In this document: positions 49,010 through 61,620 of the stretch, piece by piece
How positions within the stretch are numbered: the first letter of the stretch is position 1
Layout: every line of letters starts with the position of its first letter
NCBI RefSeq assembly: GCF_009834535.1
Contig: NC_045696.1
Location: forward strand, 112,532,001 to 112,596,000
Reading direction: 5' to 3'
Origin: Camelus ferus
Lineage: Eukaryota
DNA: 64,000 nt
Position numbers and translations under genes: made by a program
Notes under the pieces: model-generated
What the model saw: only the letters and a program-made list of their open reading frames with translations
Databases searched by the model: none
Told to the model about the DNA's origin: nothing

Positions 49010-50951
49010 ATTGAAAATACTCTTAACTTCATGGGTTTGTGTCCACCCATAATGCTCCTGGGCTCAGTTTTATACTCCATCACATATGGACAACCCTAGT
49101 CCCCAGCTTACCGGGAAAGGGCACACAGCCTTTGAAATTGTTCTGTGGCTGACAAGTATAGCCAAGGTTGCATCCTGTTCCTTCCTTTTTCATGCCATCT
49201 GCCATCAACTGACATCAAGACTTTTATCAATTTACACTGAGTTTTGTGCCTAAGATACTTAACAGCACATAAATTCCTACTGGTAGAGGGAAGAAAGCAA
49301 AAACTAAGACAAATATTTTATCTTAAGTCTGGGGGTATACAAAACCTATCATATGGTCTTCCAATATCGGCTCAATGAAACTTGCCCGTACGTAGTCCAA
49401 ATTAGGTAAATGAGTGATTATTTAAAAACTCCAGTTATATATTGTTTTGTATTCCTCTCTATGACAAGCATCAACTCTTCTCTAATTTTATTATACCATC
49501 ACTTTCACAGTACGGCTCTTCAAACTATACGTGCTACTTTGCTCAAATGAGACAGACTGAGCAACATTTTTAAGAACTAAAACTGCTTAAAGGCATTTAT
49601 AGCAACCCTCTCATCGCGTCATGTGAGAAACAGGCAAACAACTCCATTGTGCCAGTTTTCAAAAAATTTCTTAAAGCCAGCTTGGGCAAATTAGATAATT
49701 ATTAAGCAAAACAATACGGTGCCCGACATGATGCATTAACAGTTTCTAATGTTATTGAACCGAACGACAGGAGAGGCACTTTGTTCTTACTTCCTTGGCA
49801 GACAATTAGTCTTTGCTCCAGCAATACTTCATGTGCATACTTCCAAGGAAGACTCATGAATGCAAAGGTTCATTAAGGGAATGAGAGAATCGATTGTAAA
49901 ATGGAAAAGGCCGGCTGAGGTCATATTTCAAAGAGATGAATATGGTACACTCCATTATGTTGTAATCAGCCTCTCTCTTTCATTCCACAAACTGTAATAG
50001 TTTATCCTAATTTTTAAAAAAGGGAAAACAATCCTTGCAGCCTTCTGATCACCTTCATCCTAAAACCAGGGAAGCAGGCACACACGCTGCAGGCATTTTC
50101 CATTCACCGGAGTCCTTGGAGTCCGCCAAACCAATGTTACTGACCATTTTTCTCCTTAATACGAAAAACATTCAAATGCTACTATTATTGCTGCCCTGGC
50201 AAACCACACTTAATAGATGGTCCTTGCCCCATACATGACACTTACAACATCAATCAGGACTGAATTTTATTTCAATTTATTATGGTTGCTGTCCAAATGA
50301 AAAAATGCTTATATCGTAAAAATGTCTTGCAATATAAATGTGCTAATGATGTAATCACAGATTTCAAGCCCCAAAATCCTGATTTGGATTAAACATTTGC
50401 CCATCCTTCCTCCTAAATTTTTCACTGATGTTAAACATAACAAAATAATGGGCCCATTAAGAGGTGATGTTGGTACAAAGCAGAAGTCACGTGTTAAATA
50501 TTTTATATCTTTATGAGGAAGCTTTATTATATTATTTTCCTTCTTTAAGAAGGGAGTTGATATTTCCAAATGATCTGGGATAAATGACTTTAATTTCACT
50601 TTCATTGAAGGCTCATCTGCAATTTTTTTTTATCCCTTGAAACAACCATTCATCAGGGAGCAACACTACCCAGCCTATTAGTCTGGAATTCATCCTTGGC
50701 CACAGCTGTGGGCTGGCAGAAGCTCCTCTGGGTCCTACTCAGGTCCCCTTGGGCATCTGTCCCCAGTGAGGGGGAGAAGCAGATGTTAAGAGATGGTTTT
50801 CACCAATGGCAAAGAAAATCATGCAATGTTCTTCCTTTCATATGGCTGACCAGTGACCGGATCTTTCTACAAACAGCCCAGCAGACTTGTCAAGAAGCTG
50901 GAAGTTCTGGGAAATAAAGGACTGATTCTAAGCTGCAAATTCCTCGACCTC

Positions 50952-51280
50952 CGTGGTTATCAAACCCAAGCATATCTCAGAACCACCTGGAAAGCTTGTT
51001 ATTCTTTCTTTTATAGAAGGTAAGGCCAGCTTCCTGAGCAAGTGACCTTGACCTCTGTACAGAGCTTCGTGCTTGCTGAAAGGCTCTGCTGTTCTTTTCT
51101 TGAAATTTTAAATAATTTTTGAACTAGAGGCTCCACAATTTCCTCTTGCACCGAGTCCTACATATTAAGTAGCTGGTCCTGACCAAAGTTCACGGGTACA
51201 GCAAGAGAACTTACATTTCTAACAAGATCCCAAGTGACACTGATGCTGCTAGTCTAGGAATGTACTTTGAGAAGTACTAC
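50952..51280. mobile_element. MER5-type hAT-Charlie MITE split by MER91A
   Basis: gtggttatcaaac...tcagaaccacctggaaagcttgtt ... catttctaacaagatcccaagtgacactgatgctgct...actttgagaagtact. Confidence 0.75.
51022..51181 (+). mobile_element. MER91A-like hAT-Tip100 MITE
   Basis: aggccagcttc...gctctgctgtt...tcttgaaattttaaataatttttgaactagaggctcc...ttgcaccgagtcc...gtagctggtcctg. Confidence 0.8.
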
Positions 51281-51299
51281 TAGAAGTCAGATTGCTAAA

Positions 51300-51560
51300 T
51301 ATTTGATTTTCCGAGCCACCTCAAGAAAGAGTTGGTCATGAAACATAATTTTGGCCAGTGAATTGTGAATATAACTTTAAAAAGAAGGGCCTCCCTTCCT
51401 GAGTTCACATAACCCTTCCAAAAAATAGATTCTCCATTGTTACCACTGCCCTTCCTGCCTGGAATGCAGTTGTGAGGCCTGGCAGCACAACAGCCATTTT
51501 GCAACAATAAGACCAAAGTGAAATGTGGAACATGTTGGAGCAGAAAGCTAAAAACAGCCA
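51300..51560 (+). mobile_element. ERVL-MaLR LTR fragment (MLT1J/K-like)
   Basis: ttttggccagtgaa...cttcctgcctggaatgcagttgtgaggcctggcagcacaacagccattttgcaac...ggagcagaaag. Confidence 0.6.
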
Positions 51561-53494
51561 CCATAGTACAGATTTCTATTCCAGGGGAAGGAGGAATTCC
51601 TAGGAAACCAAGCTGATCAGAAAAAGAAATCTGTGTACTATAATTATGATGTAAAATTGAAAAGTATGAAAAATGTACTCACCCCAAACCCTTAACAAAA
51701 AACAAAACAAAACAAAAAAACTGCTAACATGTGGTCATCATGCCTTCTGATATTATTTGTTCTATGCAAAGGGTTATTTTAAGACATTGCTCTGATCATA
51801 CTATGTAATCATACTATGTATTAAATTTTGTACCTTAATATAATCATAGAAATAATACTAAAGCTGTTGTCTAATTGTACATATCAGTCTCATAATAGAA
51901 ATGCTCCAAAAATGTTTGTGCTTCACAGTTTACAGGGCTATTTCACAAACACTATCTCACTTGCTGGCAACAATCCTGTGAATTGGAGCTACAGAAATGT
52001 CCAGGTGCCCAGCAAGCCAGCTAACAGGGCAGGGACCCAAACTCTGGGCTTGACTCCTAACCCCATGCCTGTCCAGTCCAAAGGGAAAAATAATCTCTTT
52101 TCAAGGTCATAAAACACCAGATAAGCCACGAGGCCTAAAGTCTTTATTTCTTCCATTTGTCCAATGAAGGAAGTTATACTAACTTTTTCTTTTTCCCTCC
52201 ATCTAAGAGATGCCCCTGGGAAAATAAAAAGTTTCCATAGTCAGTATGTTCTGAAGACTGATTTCTACAAATTTCTTCTTGGCAACCCACGATGCAAATT
52301 ATGAAGTAAAAGTCTTGTAGTTATTTGCTTTTTGAGTTTTGTTTAAACAATGTGTCAAAGTCACTTGACCAATGTAAGATCTTCTTCAAGGAAAACACTC
52401 ATCAACATTTCTCAGAACGTTATGTTCTATAGAACATGTTGTGCTATTCTCTGGATGAAAGCCCCTTCTTGTTTTAAGATTTTATAGAGTAAAAGAAATG
52501 GAAGACCCAGACAAAGAATGACAACCACATCAAGTTATCAAGTATGAATTTGGTACCCCAAAACATTTGACCTAAATAAATAACTTTATAACTGATAATT
52601 TTAAAATACAGTTTGATGCTTTTAATATACTTTTACAGTGTATATAGTTAATGGCATTTGCAAAAATTTAAGAAACTTGGTCACTTTGATATCATGAAAC
52701 TTTTTATGAAAATGAAAGTAGAGTATTCAGTTCAGAAGCAATCTCCCCCTTTACAAAAGCATAATTCAGACAAAAGAAATTTCTTCTCAAAAAAAGTCTT
52801 GATAAGGAACTACACATACTACTCAAAATGAATAGCTCTAACTTGAGTTGCAGAAATCACCCTGAGCGTTTTACTCCATGTATATATTTTACTATTAGGT
52901 TTTTCAACAGAGTTCACTTTGGTCACATTTAATTGAGTTAAACAGTTATGCCTAAGGTTAGAAATTATGAAATGATGGATATGAACAACTACCGAACATG
53001 GCAATGCCCTGCTTTATGGAGGAGGAGAGACAGGGCATGATGCTGGCTTCACACGTTTATTTAATTAGCAGCAGTCTAATCTAGACGTAAGTGTCAGAGA
53101 CAGACGTCAGGGATGCCAAATCAGACAGCCTCTGACTCCCAGCCATTTTCTATGAGCTCAGCTTACGGACAATGGCTTCCCGTCCAGACAAAATTGAGGC
53201 ATGTTATTTTCCTGGAAGTCGGGCCAGCGGTTGGATGTGAAGGGTTAACTTCTGGGCAAGTTCAACATGTACATTACTTTTTTCTAGGTCCATCTCCAAA
53301 ACAGCTCAAATTTTGGTATGAGACACTTCTCAAACAGAGGTTTATTTTTCCACTATAGGAGTCAGTACTGCCTCATTCCACATTCATCAGTCATTCAAAC
53401 AAGCCTAGACTGTTTTAGCAAGCTTCGGAGAAATACAGAAACAGGCAAGAAGGCAGGGGACATGCCATACTCTTGACAGTCCTTTTCCACTGTA

Positions 53495-54140
53495 GGAAAA
53501 TGCGCACAACAAAATTGATTAACGGTAACGTTTTTAAGTGTACAGTTCAGTGACTTAAGCACATTCACTATGTTGTACAACCATCATGACTACCCATCTG
53601 CTGAACTTTATCATCCTAAACCAGAACTATGTGCCCATTAAATTATAAGTCCCTATTTCTCCTCCCACAGCCCTGGTACCCACCACCTCATATAAGTGGA
53701 ATCATGCAATATTTGTCCTCTTGAGTCTGGCTTATTTCACTTAGTATGTTGTCCTCAAGGTTCATTCTTGTAGCAGGTTACAGAATTGTATTCCCATTTA
53801 AGGCTGAATAATATTCCATTGTATGTACATGGAACATTTTGTTCACCCATTTGTCCATCCATGGATATTTTAATTGCTTCCACCTTCTGGTCATCGTGAA
53901 TATTGCTCTTAAGAACATAGGTGTATAAATACCTGTTTGAGTCCCTGATTTCAATTATTTAGGGCACATACCTAGGTGTCAAAATGCTGGATCACATTTT
54001 AATTCTATGTTTCATTTTTTTTGCTGAACTACCATACTGTCTTCCACTGCAGATACACAGCAATGCACAAGGATTCCAATTTCTCGCCATTCTCACCAAC
54101 ACTTACAAATTTCTGCGTATTTTACAATAGCCATCCTAAA
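53495..54140 (-). mobile_element. L1MB-like 3' end
   Basis: tttttaagtgtacagttcagtg...cacattcactatgttgtacaaccatca...ataagtggaatcatgcaatatttgtcc...aaggctgaataatattccattgtatg...tagccatccta. Confidence 0.9.
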
Positions 54141-54296
54141 GGGCTCGCTGTTTCCTTTGAAAGACCCAACTTTGGGGAGGAAGTAGGATAGAGCTAACTG
54201 GTTTATGGGGAAAAAAAAAAGATGTAAATTTGCATTAATCCATGAGCACATTTTAAACATTAACACTTAGGCAAATAAGCCTTTTTTAATCTATAG

Positions 54297-54446
54297 TCCT
54301 GGTTCTCAAAGCGTGGCCTGTGGACCAAAATTCTAGGGCTCCACCCCAGTCCTACTAAATCAAAAATTCTGGGGGTAGAATCCAGCAGTCTGTTTTCATG
54401 AGCCATCCAGGTGATTCTGGTGGGCACAAAAGTTTGAGAACCACTA
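54297..54446 (+). mobile_element. MER5A hAT-Charlie MITE
   Basis: TIRs ctggttctcaaa / tttgagaaccact. Internal ggctccaccccag.cctact.aatca...ccaggtgattctg. Confidence 0.88.
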
Positions 54447-54765
54447 ATCCAGACCTCAGGATGATTAAGAAGCGGTTTGTAAAAAAATGCGATCCCAAAT
54501 CTATACCTATAATCTAAAGAGACTGATCAAATCAACTTTTACTCCACTTGTTTGATGACTTAGCTGTGTAATATTAGTCCACAAGATTCCAAGCTTCAGT
54601 TCCTTTATCATACATGGTTGAGTCAATCCAATAATTTTTATGAAAGCATTTCTCATGTCACCTGGTCATCAACAGTCAGCTTTACTTTCCTAAGTGTTAC
54701 AAAGGGGATTCTATGATTCATTTTTATTGTATATAACTCTGTAAAGCAAGTAGGTAAATTAAGTA

Positions 54766-55937
54766 CAGGCATATCTCGGAGGTAGGGAAGATTCAGTTTC
54801 AGAGCACCTCAATGAAGTGAATCACACAGATTTTCTGGTTTCATAGTGCATATGAAAATTATGTTTACACTATATTGTAGTTTATTCAGTGTGCAATAGC
54901 ATTATGTCTAAAAAAGCAATGCACATACCTTAACTTAAAAATATTTTATTGCTAAAAAACACTACCTATCATCTGAACACTCAGCAAGTCATAATTGTTT
55001 GGCAGGTGGAGGGTCTTGTCTCCACATTGATGGCTGCTGACTGATGAGGGTGCTGGTTGCTGAAGGTTGGGGTGGCCGGGGCAACAACACAAGATGGTGA
55101 TGCTTGCCACATTGCTTGACTCTTCCTTGAAAGATCTCTCAGTAGCATGCAAAGCTGTTTAACAGCATTTTACCCATAGTCGAACTCCTTCAAAATCGAA
55201 GTCAATCCTCTCAAACCCTGCTGCCTTATCAACTAAGTTTATTTAATATTCTAAATCTTTTGTTGTCATTTCAACAACCACAATATCTTCACCAGGAGTA
55301 GATTCTATCTCAAGAAACCACTTTTTCTGCTCATCCATAAGCAGCAGCTCCTCACCTGCTCAAATTGTATCATGAGGTTGCAGTAACTCAGTCACACCTT
55401 GAAGCTCCCCTTCTAGTTCACTTGCTATTCCCACCACATCTGCAGTTACCTCCTCCAAGAGGTCTTGAACCCCTCCCAGCCACCCATAAGGACTGGAATC
55501 AACTTCTTCCAAACTCCTGTTCATGTTGATATTTCGATCTCTTCCCATGAATCACAAATGTTCTTAATGGCATCAGAATGGTGAATCCTTTCCAGAAGTT
55601 TTTCAACTTACTTGCTCAGATCCATCAGAAGAATCATTGTTCATGGCAGCTTTCTTAAATAATAAGTTCACTGTCACATGGACATGGTTCATAGTAACCC
55701 AAAACAATTACAATAGAACATCAAAGCTCACTGATCACAGATCACCTCAACAAATATAATAATAATGGGAAGGTTTGAAATATCACAAGAATTACCAAAA
55801 TGTGACACAGAAACACGAAGTGAGCAAATACTGTTGGAATAATGGGGCGAGAGTCTTCCTTAATGCAGGGTTGCCACAAACCCTCAATTTGTGAAAAACA
55901 TGGTATCTGTGAAGCGCAACAAAGCGAGGAGTGCCCG
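54766..55937 (-). mobile_element. Internally deleted Tigger1 (1.17 kb) with both TIRs and TA TSD
   Basis: TA|caggcatatctcgg ... aaagcgaggagtgcccg|TA. The transposase C-terminal remnant (EEVTADVVGIASELE..GVTELLQPHD) is joined to the left-end sequence near 55665. Confidence 0.93.
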
Positions 55938-58269
55938 TACATCTCCGTAGATGAACAAAAAAGGAAAACAAGCATCTATTTGTCCTTCAGCTCAAGTGAC
56001 AGTCCTCTGAGAAGCTTCACCAACTCTGTTCTTTGTCTCACACTTGTAGCTCAAACCTCTGCTACAATTTGTACCATTTTGCTTTGTTCTCATTAGATGC
56101 TGGTTTCCATAATGGCACGTACTTCATCTTCTTTGTTTCTCTGGCATCTAACACATACTTAACATGCTTTGGTTACTCTACAAATACGCTAAATAATTGA
56201 ATTCTCCTTCTTATTGATATAATTTTATCATCGCTAGCCAAAAGCAGACTGAGTAGCTAAGTCACGGAACTTTCTGAATAATTATCATCAAAAAGCATAG
56301 GCTTACATTAAGTAGACTAAAACTACAATTGTTCTTGTCCTTTTGAAGTCACTGGTTTGTTTGAAAAGCCAATGAAAGTGCTATAAACATTCTTCCTAGA
56401 AAATGCACATGACTACATGCAGAAAAGCAATTTTATGTATGTAAGTATTTTTATTTCACTAGGGGAACATATTTGGGGTAAAAAGCCCTACTATGTTAAT
56501 CTCTGTCTCAAAATACCTTGCACAGAGTGGGTGGTCAAAAAATTAAAGCTATGAATATCATCTTGCACATTTAATGAAGATTAGGCAACCCCTTCCAAGC
56601 GTTCGTTTTATTCCTCCAAATCTGGGCAACCACAAATAAATACTATCCTTCTTGAAACTGTATCTCTCCCAGAGACCACCCTGATGTTTGTCAAGGTCAG
56701 GACAGCAAATGGTTTAACGTGGTTCAGGTGCAAATTAACCCCATGTGATTGGTGGGAAACCTTTGTAAAACTGTCATTAAGCAGGTGTCCCACTATTAGA
56801 GCTCAAAGGATCTCCCTTCCGGCAGATATGGAAGAGATTCTGGCTTGCTAACTAAATGTCACCCTGGTGTTATATGTGTGTGGCAACGAAAACACGCAGA
56901 ACTCTCTGGAATCAGCAACTCTGAGTGTGATCACTCTGAAGACAGAGAATGCCATCCTGGACAAAAAGCAACTGCCACAAGGTCACTCACATCATCATAG
57001 CCCAGAGAAAGCTTCAGATCTCTAACATCTGACTCCGTGTTGCATTAGGTCATCAACTGTGTTTCGGGTATGCATCTTTTATATTTCCTTAATGGCACAT
57101 ATTATACATGAATACAAACTGGAAAAATATACAGACGTTAACTACTGCCCCTTGCTTTTATAGATAAGAAAGCACTTTCAGGAATTTTCTCTGTAAAGTT
57201 TTGGCAAAGTCATATTCCCTTGATTTGGGGGATCACCAACTCCTCAGAGAAGAAAATGGATGTGTTTTGGTTATTTTCCCTGGAAAATGCTTACTGAAAA
57301 ATTCATGGGAAGCACATAGCTTGCCTATTGGCTGATGTTGCAAAATTTAATTCACAAGTCAAAAAAATGAAGAGAACATATCTTAAATCTCAATTAACCC
57401 AGCCTCCTCCATAAGTCCCCTCCCTCTAGTTAGTGAAGAGAAGTAATTGACCAGTTTGTATCATCAATCAGAGTGAGTTTTAGCCAGTCCCAAGGATAGT
57501 CTTCAGCTCCACCTTACAGTAATATATCATCTCTCAGAGCACCCTCATCCATCCACCTCCAGCCTAGTTTCTCCCTAGGAGAGTACCAGGTGTAGGGTTA
57601 GGAAGACCACCCATGTTCTTCTTTTTTTCTAAGGGGGCATTCAGTGAACTGGAGAAGCCGTGTCACTTTCTACCTGTCACAGGGTGGGTGAGTCAGGCTC
57701 CTTGGGGACCATGTCCTGGTCTATTTGGCTACTTCTAGCCCTATTGATGTGCAGGGATAGCTTCATCCATTTGTGTCCCCTCAGGTTCTTACTCCCTCAC
57801 CTTGGCTCCCTCAGAGGTCTAGCTGGGCTGCCACTGGGCCTGGGACTAGTCTTCTTGGCAGCCCTCTACCCCTTCATGCCAGCGATCCCCTATGGCAAGT
57901 TCTCAGCCACCATCTCACCTACTTCCGTGGGTGCATCTCTCAGGAAATCTCAGCCTTACAGGTGTGCACCCAGCTGTGGGCAGCCTGGGAGGTGCTGTTC
58001 TCCACCATCCTCTGCAGGTGAGCAGGTAGAAGTTTGTCTTTAATTCTTCTCCACTTGCCTATTCTAGAAAGTTCAACGGCTTTGGTCTCCATTTCTCATA
58101 GGCCAGAAAAAGGTTAGACTTTTCTTTAGTACCCCTGAGTCTGTTCGTTTAGCCTTTTTTCACTATTAATGCCAATGTTTAGCCATAGGTTCATTAGAAT
58201 AAACAATATGCTTACAGGAATGGAGTGGGTAATATTTACTGTTTGCCATAGGCTGAGAAATGCATATAA

Positions 58270-58460
58270 ATACTTAAAATAGTATCTCATAATACCCACA
58301 ACTCACCTATAAGGGAGCTGTTGTTATTCCTCACTGGGGAGATGGAAGAACTGAAACACAACCAGACTGAGTGCCTTGCCCAAGGCTGCTCAGCCAGTAA
58401 ATGGACAGACATGATTCAAGTGCAGGAATTCTGAGCTCCAGAACCCATGGTGTTAACTGG
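58270..58460 (-). mobile_element. MIR SINE
   Basis: cacaactcacctataaggga...gatggaagaactgaaaca...ttgcccaaggctgctcagccagtaaatgg...ctgagctccagaaccc. Confidence 0.7.
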
Positions 58461-58799
58461 TACCCACCATATACCACCTCTAGCATGACTGAAACAGAGT
58501 CTCACTTTGAGAAGGATCTAAATGAAAGCTAGAAAGACGAGCAGATAGAAACTTCAAAGTCACAGTTACATGCAATATCACTGAAAATTAAAATTTCCAG
58601 TCCTTGGTAGGATGACATTTTTACATTCAGGACTTCATTTGCTTAAAATCCAATTTCATGTGCTATATTGGACACAACTTTGCAGACAGACTGAAATGTA
58701 CTGAGCTTTTCCACGTGCATGTTAACCTGGGTGCTACTTTACTCACAAGGGTGAAGCCGTAGTTCACTGAGCCTGCTGAAGGGCATCCATCCAAAAACA

Positions 58800-58925
58800 C
58801 TCCTTATTAGCCCCATTTTACAGATGAAGAAATAGAAGTTTAGCAAGTTCAGTCCTTCGTCCAAGGTCACGCAGCTGGTAAGTGAACCCTCACTGAACTG
58901 CATCTGTCAGACTCTGGAGGCTCCA
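58800..58925 (-). mobile_element. MIR SINE fragment
   Basis: ccccattttacagatgaagaaatagaagtttag...ccaaggtcacgcagctggtaagtg. Confidence 0.8.
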
Positions 58926-59780
58926 TCACCATCAAGCAGTACTGCACATGCCGTAGAAAAAACACCCACACAAACAACTGCCCGCCAGGAAAAGACAGAA
59001 CAGAGACCCCTCTCTTTGGGATCTGGTGTAAGGCCAGATATTTCTCAGATCTCTGTGTTTTTCTGTTCAGCCAAGTTTTTCTACATCCTCTGGGGCCCCA
59101 CATTTCAAGGCTACAGTCATTCAGAAAGATGGAAAAATCCCATTTCTCCACGGGGCTGCCCACGAAACACCAGCCCAGATCCTCAGAGAGCCTGAGACAC
59201 GATCAGCGTGAAAGTGGGTCCCGAGGTTCCCAGAGCTCCCCTCCGGTAACTGGGAGAGACCAAGCTAAGGAACTGCAACACCAGCCGCGGCCAGGGGCTC
59301 GACAGGTGAGAAACACGCAGGGCGAGGCCCAGTATCAGCTGGGAGGAGAGAAGGGTCATCACAGCTTGCCTGGGACGGCCACGGTCAGCACCAGAGAGGC
59401 AGCTGCCAAGGACCAGCGCTGTGAGACTGCAGAGGAAGTATAACCGCTAAGGAATGAACAGTGTGCATCCATATGAAGACAAACAGAAGTAAACCCTAAT
59501 TACTCCTAAGTTGCCTGAATTCTTTGCTATTTTCATCTAGTAACGCAGAGCTGTTATAAATGTAATTACTGTGCACTGCTGATCTCATGATAATACTGAA
59601 GGTGCTACACAAACATTTATTATTAAGTTCTCTTTCATGGCAATCCAGGAAGCTCTTTTGAGTTCAGATTCCTCTTTTTTTTTTTTTTTTTAATTTACAT
59701 TCTTACTTGTGGTCTGAAGGTAATTTCTTTGAACAATCTGCCAAAATTCTCAACAATCCTCTTAATAACATGAAATGTTG

Positions 59781-59917
59781 GGAGGGAGGGTATAGCTCAA
59801 GTGGTAGAGCGTGTGCTTAGCATGCACAAGGTCCTGGGTTCAATCCCCAGTATCTCCTCTAAAAATAAATCAATAAAATAAATTACGTCCCCCCACCCCA
59901 GAAAAAATAAAGAAAAA
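59781..59917 (+). mobile_element. Vic-1-type tRNA-derived SINE with TSD
   Basis: ggagggtatagctcaagtggtagagcgtgtgcttagcatgcacaaggtcctgggttcaatccccag (A and B boxes) and an A-rich tail. TSD aataacatgaaa / aataatatgaaa. Confidence 0.93.
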
Positions 59918-60432
59918 AATAATATGAAACTTTTCTTATTTCAAGATCTCTTTTTATATCTTGGACCACATATTAAAAAATTAAACCCTCTAAAAATTAG
60001 AAGTTGTATCCTTATTCAAAATATGTGTATGTACACACATGTGCATATACATATATATAATAAGAGGTAACTAACTAAATACATTTGGAGAGGGGAGAAA
60101 GGGAGAGACACTACCCAAACACTAGTAGTAGATACAGAAAAAAATAAAATATTCTAAGCAAATGTTTCCTATGAAGATTTGAGAAGCACCAAAATTGTAA
60201 ACTTGTACCATTGAACTTCATCAACATAAAAATTTCTTTGGAAATAGTCAAATTATGATTTGCTCCTGTTATTTCCTGATCTGATTTTCACCTCTTTAAC
60301 AAACCTAAGATAATAAAAAAATGTAAGCATGGCAATCATCAGAGGTTGAAAAAAACATGGATTTTCCAAAAATCTTGATCTTTCTCTCCTGTTTTAATCC
60401 ACCAATGAAAAACCAAGACTTTTTAAAATTCT

Positions 60433-60540
60433 CTTTTTAAAAAATATTATTTACTTATTTTAGCGGAGGTGCTGGGGATTGAACCCAGGATCTGGTGCAT
60501 GCTACGCGTGTGTTCTACCACTGAGCTATTTCCCTCTCCA
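60433..60540 (-). mobile_element. Vic-1-type tRNA-derived SINE
   Basis: ggaggtgctggggattgaacccaggatctggtgcatgcta...ctaccactgagcta is the reverse complement of the same SINE. Confidence 0.92.
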
Positions 60541-61292
60541 CTCCACCAACACACACACACAAAAAAAACAGATTTGAATGCATGAAGTTAACTCTCTTTT
60601 AGTGAATTTCGACTGCCCCAGGAAGAATTAGTCAAAGGAAGCAAAACTACTAAAAAACGATGGTTTGTGTGATAGCACTCCCACCAGCAGTGAGCAGAAA
60701 GGAAGTAAAAACCAAGGAAAGAGAGGGAAGCTCCCAGGCTCCTGATGGGTGGGTTGGACTGTCTGCTCTCCCTCCTTGCCCTCAGCTGATCATCCCCTCT
60801 TCTATTTGCAAAATTCTCTGTAATTCTATTATCCAATTAGAGAAGGAAATACACAATCTTATCGAGAGGAAATCAGTCTGACAGTTGCTGTTTTCCCATT
60901 AAATAAGATCCAGGACTGTCAACTGTAAAGTGGGGTGAGCTTGCTAAAAATGTGCTAAAGAAGAAGGAAGCTGAACCAGAGGCCTGAGGCGAGGCTTCTG
61001 ACCACACTCCTGCCATGGGATCCCTACGAGGCAGATTAAACCACATCTGCTGAAACAAGAATTCTGGCACCTGTCAGCTCTCCCAATCTACAATCCTGCT
61101 GTCATCTGTGCCCATGACCTACAAAATACCAGACCATTTTCTACCCTTCAATCAATAACCTTTCATTTCCATCATTATAAATAATACTACACTAGTATCA
61201 ACTGAGCACTTAATATACACCAGGGATATCACAACTCCCAAATAATGTTCAGGTTGGATTCTATTACTTACTACCCTCATTGTACAGATAAA

Positions 61293-61309
61293 ACACACAC
61301 ACACACACA
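61293..61309. repeat. (CA)n microsatellite
   Basis: acacacacacacacaca. Confidence 0.85.
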
Positions 61310-61434
61310 GACGAGTGTTAAGCATTAGATTGCCAGCAGTAAAGTCCAACGTGGGCCGATCACAGAGCCTTAGCTTTTAACCCCTATGAGGATTGTTTAT
61401 GTCTTTTTTTGTTAAAAGAAAAAAAAAAAAGGCT

Positions 61435-61620
61435 TGGGATTGCCTGGATTCACATTCCAGCCCCACCAATACCTGTGTAAGTTACTTTCCCTTTCTGGCC
61501 TCGTTTCTCACAGGGTTGTGGTGCGTGTTTGTCAAACCAAAACATAAGAAATACTCGCTTAGCATGTACCCTAGACTACCCAAGTGTTTGCTGTTACCCT
61601 TATCCTTGTTATTACTACCA
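61435..61620 (+). mobile_element. MIR SINE (degraded)
   Basis: gattgcctggattcacattccagc...aagttactt...gcctcgtttctcacagggttgtggtg...gcttagcatgtacc. Confidence 0.65.

Noticed and set aside
57660..58043. 127-aa hydrophobic ORF with signal-peptide-like segment
   Set aside because: GTG start, no recognisable homology, pyrimidine-rich and possibly LTR-derived. No convincing gene structure.
59781..59860. tRNA-like sequence with A and B boxes (also at 21628 and 60463)
   Set aside because: Followed by an A-rich tail, flanked by a TSD and present in three diverged copies. These are SINEs, not tRNA genes.
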